Shown here in pieces: positions 43,201-58,500 of a stretch of 64,000 bases of DNA. How positions within the stretch are numbered: position 1 is the stretch's first letter; every line of letters begins with the position of its first letter. The translations under genes were made by a program, and so were the position numbers. Source of the stretch: Eledone cirrhosa (lineage: Eukaryota); contig OZ024740.1 of assembly GCA_964016885.1 (NCBI GenBank), forward strand, positions 27,776,001 through 27,840,000. The letters are read 5' to 3'. The notes below the pieces were generated by a model. It worked only from the letters and a program-made list of their open reading frames with translations, was not told the origin of the DNA and searched no databases.

Positions 43201-46200
43201 CAATACCTTGTGTCTATTGTAATCAATATTACAGGTGGTAGCATATTAGTAAAAGCAATACCTTGTGTCTATTGTAATCAATATTATAGTTGGTAACATA
43301 TTAGTAAGAGCAATACCTTGTGTCTATTGTAATCAATATCACAGTTGGTAACATATTAGTAAGAGCAATACCTTGTGTCTATTGTAATCAATATTACAGG
43401 TGGTAGCATATTAGTAAAAGCAATACCTTGTGTCTATTGTAATCAACATCACAGTTGGTAACATATTAGTAAGAGCAATACCTCGTGTCTAATGTAATCA
43501 ATATCACAGTTAGTAACATATTAGTAAGAGCAATACCTCCTTGTGTCTATGGTAATCAATATTACATTTGGTAACATAATAGTAAGAGCAATACCTTGTG
43601 TCTATTGTAATCAATATCACAGTTGGTAACATATTAGTAAGAGCAATACCTTGTGTCTATTGTAATCAATATTACAGGTGGTAGCATATTAGTAAAAGAA
43701 ATACCTTGTGTCTATTGTAATCAACATCACAGTTGGTAACATATTAGTAAGAGCAATACCTCGTGTCTAATGTAATCAATATCACAGTTAGTAACATATT
43801 AGTAAGAGCAATACCTTGTGTCTATTGTAATCAATATTACAGTTGGTAACATATTAGTAAGAACAATACCTTATGTCTATTGTAATCAATATTACAGTTG
43901 GTAACATATTAGTAAGAGCAATACCTTGTGTCTATTGTAATCAATATTACAGTTGGTAACATATTAGTAAGAGCAATACCTTGTGTCTATTGTAATCAAT
44001 ATTACAGTTGGTAACTTATTAGTAAGAGCAATACCTTGTGTCTATTGTAATCAATATTACAGTTGGTAACATATTAGTAAGAGCAATACCTTGTGTCTAT
44101 TGTAATCAATATTACAGTTGGTAACATATTAGTAAGAGCAAAACCTTGTGTCTATTTTAATCAATATTACAGTTGGTAACATATTAGTAAGAGCAATACC
44201 TTGTGTCTATTGTAATCAATATTACAGTTGGTATCATATTAGTAAGAGCAATATCTTGTGTCTATTGTAATCAATATTACAGTTGGTAACATATTAGTAA
44301 GAGCAATACCTTGTGTCTATTGTAATCAATATTAAAGTTGGTAACATATTAGTAAGAGCAATGCCTTGTGTCTATTGTAATCAATATTACAGTTGGTAAC
44401 ATATTAGTAAGAGCAATACCTTGTGTCTATTGTAATCAATATTACAGTTGGTAACATATTAGTAAGAGCAATACCTTGTGTCTATTGTAATCAATATTAC
44501 AGGTGGTAACATATTAATAAGAGTAATACCTTGTGTCTATTGTAATCAATATCACAGTTGGTAACATATTAGTAAGAGCAATACCGTGTGTCTATTGTAA
44601 TCAATATTACTTGTGGTAACATATTAGTAAGAGCAATACCTTGTGTCTATTGTAATCAAAATTACAGGTGGTAGCATATTAGTAAAAGCAATACCTTGTG
44701 TCTATTGTAATCAATATCACAGTTGGTAACATATTAGTAAGAGCAATACCTTGTGTCTATTGTAATCAATATTACAGGTGGTAGCATATTAGTAAAAGCA
44801 ATACCTTGTGTCTATTGTAATCAATATTACAGTTGGTAACATATTAGTAAGAGCAATACCTTGTGTCTATTGTAATCAATATTACAGTTGGTAACATATT
44901 AGTAAGAGAATACTTTGTGTCTATTGTAATCAATATTACAGTTGGTAACATATTAGTAAAAGCAATACCTTGTGTCTATTGTAATCAATATTACAGTTGG
45001 TAACATATTAGTAAGAGCAATACCTTGTGTCTAATGTAATCAATATTACAGTTGGTAACATATTAGTAAGAGCAATACCTTGTGTCTATTGTAATCAATA
45101 TTACAGTTGGTAGCATATTAGTAAAAGCAATACCTTGTGTCTATTGTAATCAATATTACAGTTGGTAACATATTAGTAAGAGCAATACCTTGTGTCTATT
45201 GTAATCAATATTACAGGTGGTAGCATATTAGTAAAAGCAATACCTTGTGTCTATTGTAATCAACATCACAGTTGGTAACATATTAGTAAGAGCAATACCT
45301 CGTGTCTAATGTAATCAATATCACAGTTAGTAACATATTAGTAAGAGCAATACCTCCTTGTGTCTATGGTAATCAATATTACATTTGGTAACATAATAGT
45401 AAGAGCAATACCTTGTGTCTATTGTAATCAATATCACAGTTGGTAACATATTAGTAAGAGCAATACCTTGTGTCTATTGTAATCAATATTACAGGTGGTA
45501 GCATATTAGTAAAAGAAATACCTTGTGTCTATTGTAATCAACATCACAGTTGGTAACATATTAGTAAGAGCAATACCTCGTGTCTAATGTAATCAATATC
45601 ACAGTTAGTAACATATTAGTAAGAGCAATACCTTGTGTCTATTGTAATCAATATTACAGTTGGTAACATATTAGTAAGAACAATACCTTATGTCTATTGT
45701 AATCAATATTACAGTTGGTAACATATTAGTAAGAACAATACCTTGTGTCTATTGTAATCAATATTACAGTTGGTAACATATTAGTAAGAGCAATACCTTG
45801 TGTCTATTGTAATCAATATTACAGTTGGTAACATATTAGTAAGAGCAATACCTTGTGTCTATTGTAATCAATATTACAGTTGGTAACTTATTAGTAAGAG
45901 CAATACCTTGTGTCTATTGTAATCAATATTACAGTTGGTAACATATTAGTAAGAGCAATACCTTGTGTCTATTGTAATCAATATTACAGTTGGTAACATA
46001 TTAGTAAGAGCAAAACCTTGTGTCTATTTTAATCAATATTACAGTTGGTAACATATTAGTAAGAGCAATACCTTGTGTCTATTGTAATCAATATTACAGT
46101 TGGTATCATATTAGTAAGAGCAATACCTTGTGTCTATTGTAATCAATATTACAGTTGGTAACATATTAGTAAGAGCAATACCTTGTGTCTATTGTAATCA

Positions 46201-49200
46201 ATATTACAGTTGGTAACATATAAGTAAGAGCAATACCTTGTGTCTATTGTAATCAATATTACAGTTGGTAACATATTAGTAAGAGCAATACCTTGTGTCT
46301 ATTGTAATCAATATTACAGTTGGTAACATATTAGTAAGAGCAATACCTTGTGTCTATTGTAATCAATATTACAGTTGGTATCATATTAGTAAGAGCAATA
46401 CCTTGTGTCTATTGTAATCAATATTACAGTTGGTAACATATTAGTAAGAGCAATACCTTGTGTCTATTGTAATCAATATTACAGTTGGTAACATATTAGT
46501 AAGAGCAATACCTTGCGTCTATTGTAATCAATATTACAGTTGGTAACATATTAGTAAGAGCAATACCTTGTGTCTATTGTAATCAATATTACAGTTGGTA
46601 ACATATTAGTAAGAGCAATACCTTTTGTCTATTGTAATCAATATTACAGTTGGTAACATATTAGTAAGAGTAATACCTTGTGTCTATTGTAATCAATATT
46701 ACAGTTGGTAACATATTAGTAAGAGCAATACCTTGCGTCTATTGTAATCAATATTACAGTTGGTAACATATTAGTAAGAGCAATACCTTGTGTCTATTGT
46801 AATCAATATTACAGTTGGTAACATATTAGTAAGAGCAATACCTTTTGTCTATTGTAATCAATATTACAGTTGGTAACATATTAGTAAGAGCAATACCTTG
46901 TGTCTATTGTAATCAATATTACAGTTGGTAACATATTAGTAAGAGCAATAACTTGTGTCTATTGTAATCAATATTACAGTTGGTAACATATTAGTAAGAG
47001 CAATACCTTGTGTCTATTGTAATCAATATTACAGGTGGTAACATATTAATAAGAGTAATACCTTGTGTCTATTGTAATCAATATCACAGTTGGTAACATA
47101 TTAGTAAGAGCAATACCGTGTGTCTATTGTAATCAATATTACTTGTGGTAACATATTAGTAAGAGCAATACCTTGTGTCTATTGTAATCAAAATTACAGG
47201 TGGTAGCATATTAGTAAAAGCAATACCTTGTGTCTATTGTAATCAATATCACAGTTGGTAACATATTAGTAAGAGCAATACCTTGTGTCTATTGTAATCA
47301 ATATTACAGGTGGTAGCATATTAGTAAAAGCAATACCTTGTGTCTATTGTAATCAATATTACAGTTGGTAACATATTAGTAAGAGCAATACCTTGTGTCT
47401 ATTGTAATCAATATTACAGTTGGTAACATATTAGTAAGAGAATACTTTGTGTCTATTGTAATCAATATTACAGTTGGTAACATATTAGTAAAAGCAATAC
47501 CTTGTGTCTATTGTAATCAATATTACAGTTGGTAACATATTAGTAAGAGCAATACCTTGTGTCTATTGTAATCAATATTACAGTTGGTAACATATTAGTA
47601 AGAGAAATACTTTGTGTCTATTGTAATCAATATTACAGTTGGTAACATATTAGTAAAAGCAATACCTTGTGTCTATTGTAATCAATATTACAGTTGGTAA
47701 CATATTAGTAAGAGCAATGCCTTGTGTCTATTGTAATCAATATTACAGTTGGTAACATATTAGTAAGAGCAATACCTTGTGTCTATTGTAATCAATATTA
47801 CAGTTGGTAACATATTAGTAAGAGCAATACCTTGTGTCTATTGTAATCAATATTACAGTTGGTAACATATTAGTAAGAGCAATACCTTGTGTCTATTGTA
47901 ATCAATATTACAGTTGGTAACATATTAGTAAGAGCAATACCTTGTGTCTATTGTAATCAATATTACAGTTGGTAACTTATTAGTAAGAGCAATACCTTGT
48001 GTCTATTGTAATCAATATTACAGTTGGTAACATATAAGTAAGAGCAATACCTTGTGTCTATTGTAATCAATATTACAGTTGGTAACATATTAGTAAGAGC
48101 AATACCTTGTGTCTATTGTAATCAATATTACAGTTGGTAACATATTAGTAAGAGCAATACCTTGTGTCTATTGTAATCAATATTACAGTTGGTATCATAT
48201 TAGTAAGAGCAATACCTTGTGTCTATTGTAATCAATATTACAGTTGGTAACATATTAGTAAGAGCAATACCTTGTGTCTATTGTAATCAATATTACAGTT
48301 GGTAACATATTAGTAAGAGCAATACCTTGCGTCTATTGTAATCAATATTACAGTTGGTAACATATTAGTAAGAGCAATACCTTGTGTCTATTGTAATCAA
48401 TATTACAGTTGGTAACATATTAGTAAGAGCAATACCTTTTGTCTATTGTAATCAATATTACAGTTGGTAACATATTAGTAAGAGCAATACCTTGTGTCTA
48501 TTGTAATCAATATTACAGTTGGTAACATATTAGTAAGAGCAATACCTTGTGTCTATTGTAATCAATATTACAGTTGGTAACATATTAGTAAGAGCATACC
48601 TTGTGTCTATTGTAATCAATATTACAGGTGGTAACATATTAATAAGAGTAATACCTTGTGTCTATTGTAATCAATATCACAGTTGTTAACATATTAGTAA
48701 GAGCAATACCGTGTGTCTATTGTAATCAATATTACTTGTGGTAACATATTAGTAAGAGCAATACCTTGTGTCTATTGTAATCAAAATTACAGGTGGTAGC
48801 ATATTAGTAAAAGCAATACCTTGTGTCTATTGTAATCAATATCACAGTTGGTAACATATTAGTAAGAGCAATACCTTGTGTCTATTGTAATCAATATTAC
48901 AGGTGGTAGCATATTAGTAAAAGCAATACCTTGTGTCTATTGTAATCAATATTACAGTTGGTAACATATTAGTAAGAGCAATACCTTGTGTCTATTGTAA
49001 TCAATATTACAGTTGGTAACATATTAGTAAGAGAATACTTTGTGTCTATTGTAATCAATATTACAGTTGGTAACATATTAGTAAAAGCAATACCTTGTGT
49101 CTATTGTAATCAATATTACAGTTGGTAACATATTAGTAAGAGCAATACCTTGTGTCTATTGTAATCAATATTACAGTTGGTAACATATTAGTAAGAGAAA

Positions 49201-51420
49201 TACTTTGTGTCTATTGTAATCAATATTACAGTTGGTAACATATTAGTAAAAGCAATACCTTGTGTCTATTGTAATCAATATTACAGTTGGTAACATATTA
49301 GTAAGAGCAATACCTTGTGTCTAATGTAATCAATATTACAGTTGGTAACATATTAGTAAGAGGAATACCTTGTGTCTATTGTAATCAATATTACAGTTGG
49401 TAACATATTAGTAAGAGCAATACCTTGTGTCTATTGTAATCAATATTACAGTTGGTAACATATTAGTAAGAACAATACCTTATGTCTATTGTAATCAATA
49501 TTACAGTTGGTAACATATTAGTAAGAACAATACCTTGTGTCTATTGTAATCAATATTACAGTTGGTAACATATTAGTAAGAGCAATACCTTGTGTCTATT
49601 GTAATCAATATTACAGTTGGTAACATATTAGTAAGAGCAATGCCTTGTGTCTATTGTAATCAATATTACAGTTGGTAACATATTAGTAAGAGCAATACCT
49701 TGTGTCTATTGTAATCAATATTACAGTTGGTAACATATTAGTAAGAGCAATACCTTGTGTCTATTGTAATCAATATTACAGTTGGTAACATATCATTAAG
49801 AGCAATACCTTGTGTCTATTGTAATCAATATTACAGTTGGTAACATATCAGTAAGAGCAATACCTTGTGTCTATTGTAATCAATATCACAGTTGGTAACA
49901 TATTAGTAAGAGCAATACCTTGTGTCTATTGTAATCAATATTACAGGTGGTAGCATATTAGTAAAAGCAATACCTTGTGTCTATTGTAATCAATATTATA
50001 GTTGGTAACATATTAGTAAGAGCAATACCTTGTGTCTATTGTAATCAATATCACAGTTGGTAACATATTAGTAAGAGCAATACCTTGTGTCTATTGTAAT
50101 CAATATTACAGGTGGTAGCATATTAGTAAAAGCAATACCTTGTGTCTATTGTAATCAACATCACAGTTGGTAACATATTAGTAAGAGCAATACCTCGTGT
50201 CTAATGTAATCAATATCACAGTTAGTAACATATTAGTAAGAGCAATACCTCCTTGTGTCTATGGTAATCAATATTACATTTGGTAACATAATAGTAAGAG
50301 CAATACCTTGTGTCTATTGTAATCAATATCACAGTTGGTAACATATTAGTAAGAGCAATACCTTGTGTCTATTGTAATCAATATTACAGGTGGTAGCATA
50401 TTAGTAAAAGAAATACCTTGTGTCTATTGTAATCAACATCACAGTTGGTAACATATTAGTAAGAGCAATACCTCGTGTCTAATGTAATCAATATCACAGT
50501 TAGTAACATATTAGTAAGAGCAATACCTTGTGTCTATTGTAATCAATATTACAGTTGGTAACATATTAGTAAGAACAATACCTTATGTCTATTGTAATCA
50601 ATATTACAGTTGGTAACATATTAGTAAGAGCAATACCTTGTGTCTATTGTAATCAATATTACAGTTGGTAACATATTAGTAAGAGCAATACCTTGTGTCT
50701 ATTGTAATCAATATTACAGGTGGTAACTTATTAGTAAGAGCAATACCTTGTGTCTATTGTAATCAATATTACAGTTGGTAACATATTAGTAAGAGCAATA
50801 CCTTGTGTCTATTGTAATCAATATTACAGTTGGTAACATATTAGTAAGAGCAAAACCTTGTGTCTATTTTAATCAATATTACAGTTGGTAACATATTAGT
50901 AAGAGCAATACCTTGTGTCTATTGTAATCAATATTACAGTTGGTATCATATTAGTAAGAGCAATATCTTGTGTCTATTGTAATCAATATTACAGTTGGTA
51001 ACATATTAGTAAGAGCAATACCTTGTGTCTATTGTAATCAATATTAAAGTTGGTAACATATTAGTAAGAGCAATGCCTTGTGTCTATTGTAATCAATATT
51101 ACAGTTGGTAACATATTAGTAAGAGCAATACCTTGTGTCTATTGTAATCAATATTACAGTTGGTAACATATTAGTAAGAGCAATACCTTGTGTCTATTGT
51201 AATCAATATTACAGGTGGTAACATATTAATAAGAGTAATACCTTGTGTCTATTGTAATCAATATCACAGTTGGTAACATATTAGTAAGAGCAATACCGTG
51301 TGTCTATTGTAATCAATATTACTTGTGGTAACATATTAGTAAGAGCAATACCTTGTGTCTATTGTAATCAAAATTACAGGTGGTAGCATATTAGTAAAAG
51401 CAATACCTTGTGTCTATTGT
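40300..51420. repeat. Higher-order duplication, offset 6712 bp (122 monomers + 2)
   Basis: The 1-bp deletion AGCATACC was seen only at 41881 and 48593. AAACCTTG occurs at 44141 and 50853. Confidence 0.9.
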
Positions 51421-51899
51421 AATCAATATCACAGTTGGTAACATATTAGTAAGAGCAATACCTTGTGTCTATTGTAATCAAAATTACAGGTGGTAGCATA
51501 TTAGTAAAAGCAATACCTTGTGTCTATTGTAATCAATATCACAGTTGGTAACATATTAGTAAGAGCAATACCTTGTGTCTATTGTAATCAATATTACAGG
51601 TGGTAGCATATTAGTAAAAGCAATACCTTGTGTCTATTGTAATCAATATTACAGTTGGTAACATATTAGTAAGAGCAATACCTTGTGTCTATTGTAATCA
51701 ATATTACAGTTGGTAACATATTAGTAAGAGAATACTTTGTGTCTATTGTAATCAATATTACAGTTGGTAACATATTAGTAAAAGCAATACCTTGTGTCTA
51801 TTGTAATCAATATTACAGTTGGTAACATATTAGTAAGAGCAATACCTTGTGTCTATTGTAATCAATATTACAGTTGGTAACATATTAGTAAGAGAAATA

Positions 51900-54800
51900 C
51901 CTTGTGTCTAATGTAATCAATATTACAGTTGGTAACATATTAGTAAGAGCAATACCTTGTGTCTATTGTAATCAATATTACAGTTGGTAACATATTAGTA
52001 AGAGCAATACCTTGTGTCTATTGTAATCAATATTACAGTTGGTAACATATTAGTAAGAACAATACCTTATGTCTATTGTAATCAATATTACAGTTGGTAA
52101 CATATTAGTAAGAACAATACCTTGTGTCTATTGTAATCAATATTACAGTTGGTAACATATTAGTAAGAGCAATACCTTGTGTCTATTGTAATCAATATTA
52201 CAGTTGGTAACATATTAGTAAGAGCAATGCCTTGTGTCTATTGTAATCAATATTACAGTTGGTAACATATTAGTAAGAGCAATACCTTGTGTCTATTGTA
52301 ATCAATATTACAGTTGGTAACATATTAGTAAGAGCAATACCTTGTGTCTATTGTAATCAATATTACAGTTGGTAACATATCATTAAGAGCAATACCTTGT
52401 GTCTATTGTAATCAATATTACAGTTGGTAACATATCAGTAAGAGCAATACCTTGTGTCTATTGTAATCAATATCACAGTTGGTAACATATTAGTAAGAGC
52501 AATACCTTGTGTCTATTGTAATCAATATTACAGGTGGTAGCATATTAGTAAAAGCAATACCTTGTGTCTATTGTAATCAATATTATAGTTGGTAACATAT
52601 TAGTAAGAGCAATACCTTGTGTCTATTGTAATCAATATCACAGTTGGTAACATATTAGTAAGAGCAATACCTTGTGTCTATTGTAATCAATATTACAGGT
52701 GGTAGCATATTAGTAAAAGCAATACCTTGTGTCTATTGTAATCAACATCACAGTTGGTAACATATTAGTAAGAGCAATACCTCGTGTCTAATGTAATCAA
52801 TATCACAGTTAGTAACATATTAGTAAGAGCAATACCTCCTTGTGTCTATGGTAATCAATATTACATTTGGTAACATAATAGTAAGAGCAATACCTTGTGT
52901 CTATTGTAATCAATATCACAGTTGGTAACATATTAGTAAGAGCAATACCTTGTGTCTATTGTAATCAATATTACAGGTGGTAGCATATTAGTAAAAGAAA
53001 TACCTTGTGTCTATTGTAATCAACATCACAGTTGGTAACATATTAGTAAGAGCAATACCTCGTGTCTAATGTAATCAATATCACAGTTAGTAACATATTA
53101 GTAAGAGCAATACCTTGTGTCTATTGTAATCAATATTACAGTTGGTAACATATTAGTAAGAACAATACCTTATGTCTATTGTAATCAATATTACAGTTGG
53201 TAACATATTAGTAAGAGCAATACCTTGTGTCTATTGTAATCAATATTACAGTTGGTAACATATTAGTAAGAGCAATACCTTGTGTCTATTGTAATCAATA
53301 TTACAGTTGGTAACTTATTAGTAAGAGCAATACCTTGTGTCTATTGTAATCAATATTACAGTTGGTAACATATTAGTAAGAGCAATACCTTGTGTCTATT
53401 GTAATCAATATTACAGTTGGTAACATATTAGTAAGAGCAAAACCTTGTGTCTATTTTAATCAATATTACAGTTGGTAACATATTAGTAAGAGCAATACCT
53501 TGTGTCTATTGTAATCAATATTACAGTTGGTATCATATTAGTAAGAGCAATATCTTGTGTCTATTGTAATCAATATTACAGTTGGTAACATATTAGTAAG
53601 AGCAATACCTTGTGTCTATTGTAATCAATATTAAAGTTGGTAACATATTAGTAAGAGCAATGCCTTGTGTCTATTGTAATCAATATTACAGTTGGTAACA
53701 TATTAGTAAGAGCAATACCTTGTGTCTATTGTAATCAATATTACAGTTGGTAACATATTAGTAAGAGCAATACCTTGTGTCTATTGTAATCAATATTACA
53801 GGTGGTAACATATTAATAAGAGTAATACCTTGTGTCTATTGTAATCAATATCACAGTTGGTAACATATTAGTAAGAGCAATACCGTGTGTCTATTGTAAT
53901 CAATATTACTTGTGGTAACATATTAGTAAGAGCAATACCTTGTGTCTATTGTAATCAAAATTACAGGTGGTAGCATATTAGTAAAAGCAATACCTTGTGT
54001 CTATTGTAATCAATATCACAGTTGGTAACATATTAGTAAGAGCAATACCTTGTGTCTATTGTAATCAATATTACAGGTGGTAGCATATTAGTAAAAGCAA
54101 TACCTTGTGTCTATTGTAATCAATATTACAGTTGGTAACATATTAGTAAGAGCAATACCTTGTGTCTATTGTAATCAATATTACAGTTGGTAACATATTA
54201 GTAAGAGAATACTTTGTGTCTATTGTAATCAATATTACAGTTGGTAACATATTAGTAAAAGCAATACCTTGTGTCTATTGTAATCAATATTACAGTTGGT
54301 AACATATTAGTAAGAGCAATACCTTGTGTCTAATGTAATCAATATTACAGTTGGTAACATATTAGTAAGAGCAATACCTTGTGTCTATTGTAATCAATAT
54401 TACAGTTGGTAGCATATTAGTAAAAGCAATACCTTGTGTCTATTGTAATCAATATTACAGTTGGTAACATATTAGTAAGAGCAATACCTTGTGTCTATTG
54501 TAATCAATATTACAGGTGGTAGCATATTAGTAAAAGCAATACCTTGTGTCTATTGTAATCAACATCACAGTTGGTAACATATTAGTAAGAGCAATACCTC
54601 GTGTCTAATGTAATCAATATCACAGTTAGTAACATATTAGTAAGAGCAATACCTCCTTGTGTCTATGGTAATCAATATTACATTTGGTAACATAATAGTA
54701 AGAGCAATACCTTGTGTCTATTGTAATCAATATCACAGTTGGTAACATATTAGTAAGAGCAATACCTTGTGTCTATTGTAATCAATATTACAGGTGGTAG

Positions 54801-55500
54801 CATATTAGTAAAAGAAATACCTTGTGTCTATTGTAATCAACATCACAGTTGGTAACATATTAGTAAGAGCAATACCTCGTGTCTAATGTAATCAATATCA
54901 CAGTTAGTAACATATTAGTAAGAGCAATACCTTGTGTCTATTGTAATCAATATTACAGTTGGTAACATATTAGTAAGAACAATACCTTATGTCTATTGTA
55001 ATCAATATTACAGTTGGTAACATATTAGTAAGAACAATACCTTGTGTCTATTGTAATCAATATTACAGTTGGTAACATATTAGTAAGAGCAATACCTTGT
55101 GTCTATTGTAATCAATATTACAGTTGGTAACATATTAGTAAGAGCAATACCTTGTGTCTATTGTAATCAATATTACAGTTGGTAACTTATTAGTAAGAGC
55201 AATACCTTGTGTCTATTGTAATCAATATTACAGTTGGTAACATATTAGTAAGAGCAATACCTTGTGTCTATTGTAATCAATATTACAGTTGGTAACATAT
55301 TAGTAAGAGCAAAACCTTGTGTCTATTTTAATCAATATTACAGTTGGTAACATATTAGTAAGAGCAATACCTTGTGTCTATTGTAATCAATATTACAGTT
55401 GGTATCATATTAGTAAGAGCAATACCTTGTGTCTATTGTAATCAATATTACAGTTGGTAACATATTAGTAAGAGCAATACCTTGTGTCTATTGTAATCAA
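51900..55500. repeat. Copy of about 42600-46200 (offset 9299 bp, 169 monomers + 4); its left part also copies about 49310-51420 (offset 2587 bp, 47 monomers + 2)
   Basis: The series AAACCTTG...TATTTTAA, then AATATCTTG and ATTAAAGTT, occurs at 44141, 50853 and 53440. Confidence 0.87.
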
Positions 55501-58500
55501 TATTACAGTTGGTAACATATTAGTAAGAGCAATGCCTTGTGTCTATTGTAATCAATATTACAGTTGGTAACATATTAGTAAGAGCAATACCTTGTGTCTA
55601 TTGTAATCAATATTACAGTTGGTAACATATTAGTAAGAGCAATACCTTGTGTCTATTGTAATCAATATTACAGTTGGTAACATATTAGTAAGAGCAATAC
55701 CTTGTGTCTATTGTAATCAATATTACAGTTGGTAACATATTAGTAAGAGCAATACCTTGTGTCTATTGTAATCAATATTACAGTTGGTAACTTATTAGTA
55801 AGAGCAATACCTTGTGTCTATTGTAATCAATATTACAGTTGGTAACATATAAGTAAGAGCAATACCTTGTGTCTATTGTAATCAATATTACAGTTGGTAA
55901 CATATTAGTAAGAGCAATACCTTGTGTCTATTGTAATCAATATTACAGTTGGTAACATATTAGTAAGAGCAATACCTTGTGTCTATTGTAATCAATATTA
56001 CAGTTGGTATCATATTAGTAAGAGCAATACCTTGTGTCTATTGTAATCAATATTACAGTTGGTAACATATTAGTAAGAGCAATACCTTGTGTCTATTGTA
56101 ATCAATATTACAGTTGGTAACATATTAGTAAGAGCAATACCTTGCGTCTATTGTAATCAATATTACAGTTGGTAACATATTAGTAAGAGCAATACCTTGT
56201 GTCTATTGTAATCAATATTACAGTTGGTAACATATTAGTAAGAGCAATACCTTTTGTCTATTGTAATCAATATTACAGTTGGTAACATATTAGTAAGAGC
56301 AATACCTTGTGTCTATTGTAATCAATATTACAGTTGGTAACATATTAGTAAGAGCAATACCTTGTGTCTATTGTAATCAATATTACAGTTGGTAACATAT
56401 TAGTAAGAGCAATACCTTGTGTCTATTGTAATCAATATTACAGGTGGTAACATATTAATATGAGTAATACCTTGTGTCTATTGTAATCAATATCACAGTT
56501 GGTAACATATTAGTAAGAGCAATACCGTGTGTCTATTGTAATCAATATTACATGTGGTAACATATTAGTAAGAGCAATACCTTGTGTCTATTGTAATCAA
56601 AATTACAGGTGGTAGCATATTAGTAAAAGCAATACCTTGTGTCTATTGTAATAAATATCACAGTTGGTAACATATTAGTAAGAGCAATACCTTGTGTCTA
56701 TTGTAATCAATATTACAGGTGGTAGCATATTAGTAAAAGCAATACCTTGTGTCTATTGTAATCAATATTACAGTTGGTAACATATTAGTAAGAGCAATAC
56801 CTTGTGTCTATTGTAATCAATATTACAGTTGGTAACATATTAGTAAGAGAATACTTTGTGTCTATTGTAATCAATATTACAGTTGGTAACATATTAGTAA
56901 AAGCAATACCTTGTGTCTATTGTAATCAATATTACAGTTGGTAACATATTAGTAAGAGCAATACCTTGTGTCTAATGTAATCAATATTACAGTTGGTAAC
57001 ATATTAGTAAGAGCAATACCTTGTGTCTATTGTAATCAATATTACAGTTGGTAACATATTAGTAAGAGAAATACTTTGTGTCTATTGTAATCAATATTAC
57101 AGTTGGTAACATATTAGTAAAAGCAATACCTTGTGTCTATTGTAATCAATATTACAGTTGGTAACATATTAGTAAGAGCAATACCTTGTGTCTAATGTAA
57201 TCAATATTACAGTTGGTAACATATTAGTAAGAGCAATACCTTGTGTCTATTGTAATCAATATTACAGTTGGTAACATATTAGTAAGAGCAATACCTTGTG
57301 TCTATTGTAATCAATATTACAGTTGGTAACATATTAGTAAGAACAATACCTTATGTCTATTGTAATCAATATTACAGTTGGTAACATATTAGTAAGAGCA
57401 ATACCTCGTGTCTAATGTAATCAATATCACAGTTAGTAACATATTAGTAAGGGCAATACCTCCTTGTGTCTATGGTAATCAATATTACATTTGGTAACAT
57501 AATAGTAAGAGCAATACCTTGTGTCTATTGTAATCAATATCACAGTTGGTAACATATTAGTAAGAGCAATACCTTGTGTCTATTGTAATCAATATTACAG
57601 GTGGTAGCATATTAGTAAAAGAAATACCTTGTGTCTATTGTAATCAACATCACAGTTGGTAACATATTAGTAAGAGCAATACCTCGTGTCTAATGTAATC
57701 AATATCACAGTTAGTAACATATTAGTAAGAGCAATACCTTGTGTCTATTGTAATCAATATTACAGTTGGTAACATATTAGTAAGAACAATACCTTATGTC
57801 TATTGTAATCAATATTACAGTTGGTAACATATTAGTAAGAACAATACCTTGTGTCTATTGTAATCAATATTACAGTTGGTAACATATTAGTAAGAGCAAT
57901 ACCTTGTGTCTATTGTAATCAATATTACAGTTGGTAACATATTAGTAAGAGCAATACCTTGTGTCTATTGTAATCAATATTACAGTTGGTAACTTATTAG
58001 TAAGAGCAATACCTTGTGTCTATTGTAATCAATATTACAGTTGGTAACATATTAGTAAGAGCAATACCTTGTGTCTATTGTAATCAATATTACAGTTGGT
58101 AACATATTAGTAAGAGCAAAACCTTGTGTCTATTTTAATCAATATTACAGTTGGTAACATATTAGTAAGAGCAATACCTTGTGTCTATTGTAATCAATAT
58201 TACAGTTGGTATCATATTAGTAAGAGCAATACCTTGTGTCTATTGTAATCAATATTACAGTTGGTAACATATTAGTAAGAGCAATACCTTGTGTCTATTG
58301 TAATCAATATTACAGTTGGTAACATATTAGTAAGAGCAATGCCTTGTGTCTATTGTAATCAATATTACAGTTGGTAACATATTAGTAAGAGCAATACCTT
58401 GTGTCTATTGTAATCAATATTACAGTTGGTAACATATTAGTAAGAGCAATACCTTGTGTCTATTGTAATCAATATTACAGTTGGTAACATATTAGTAAGA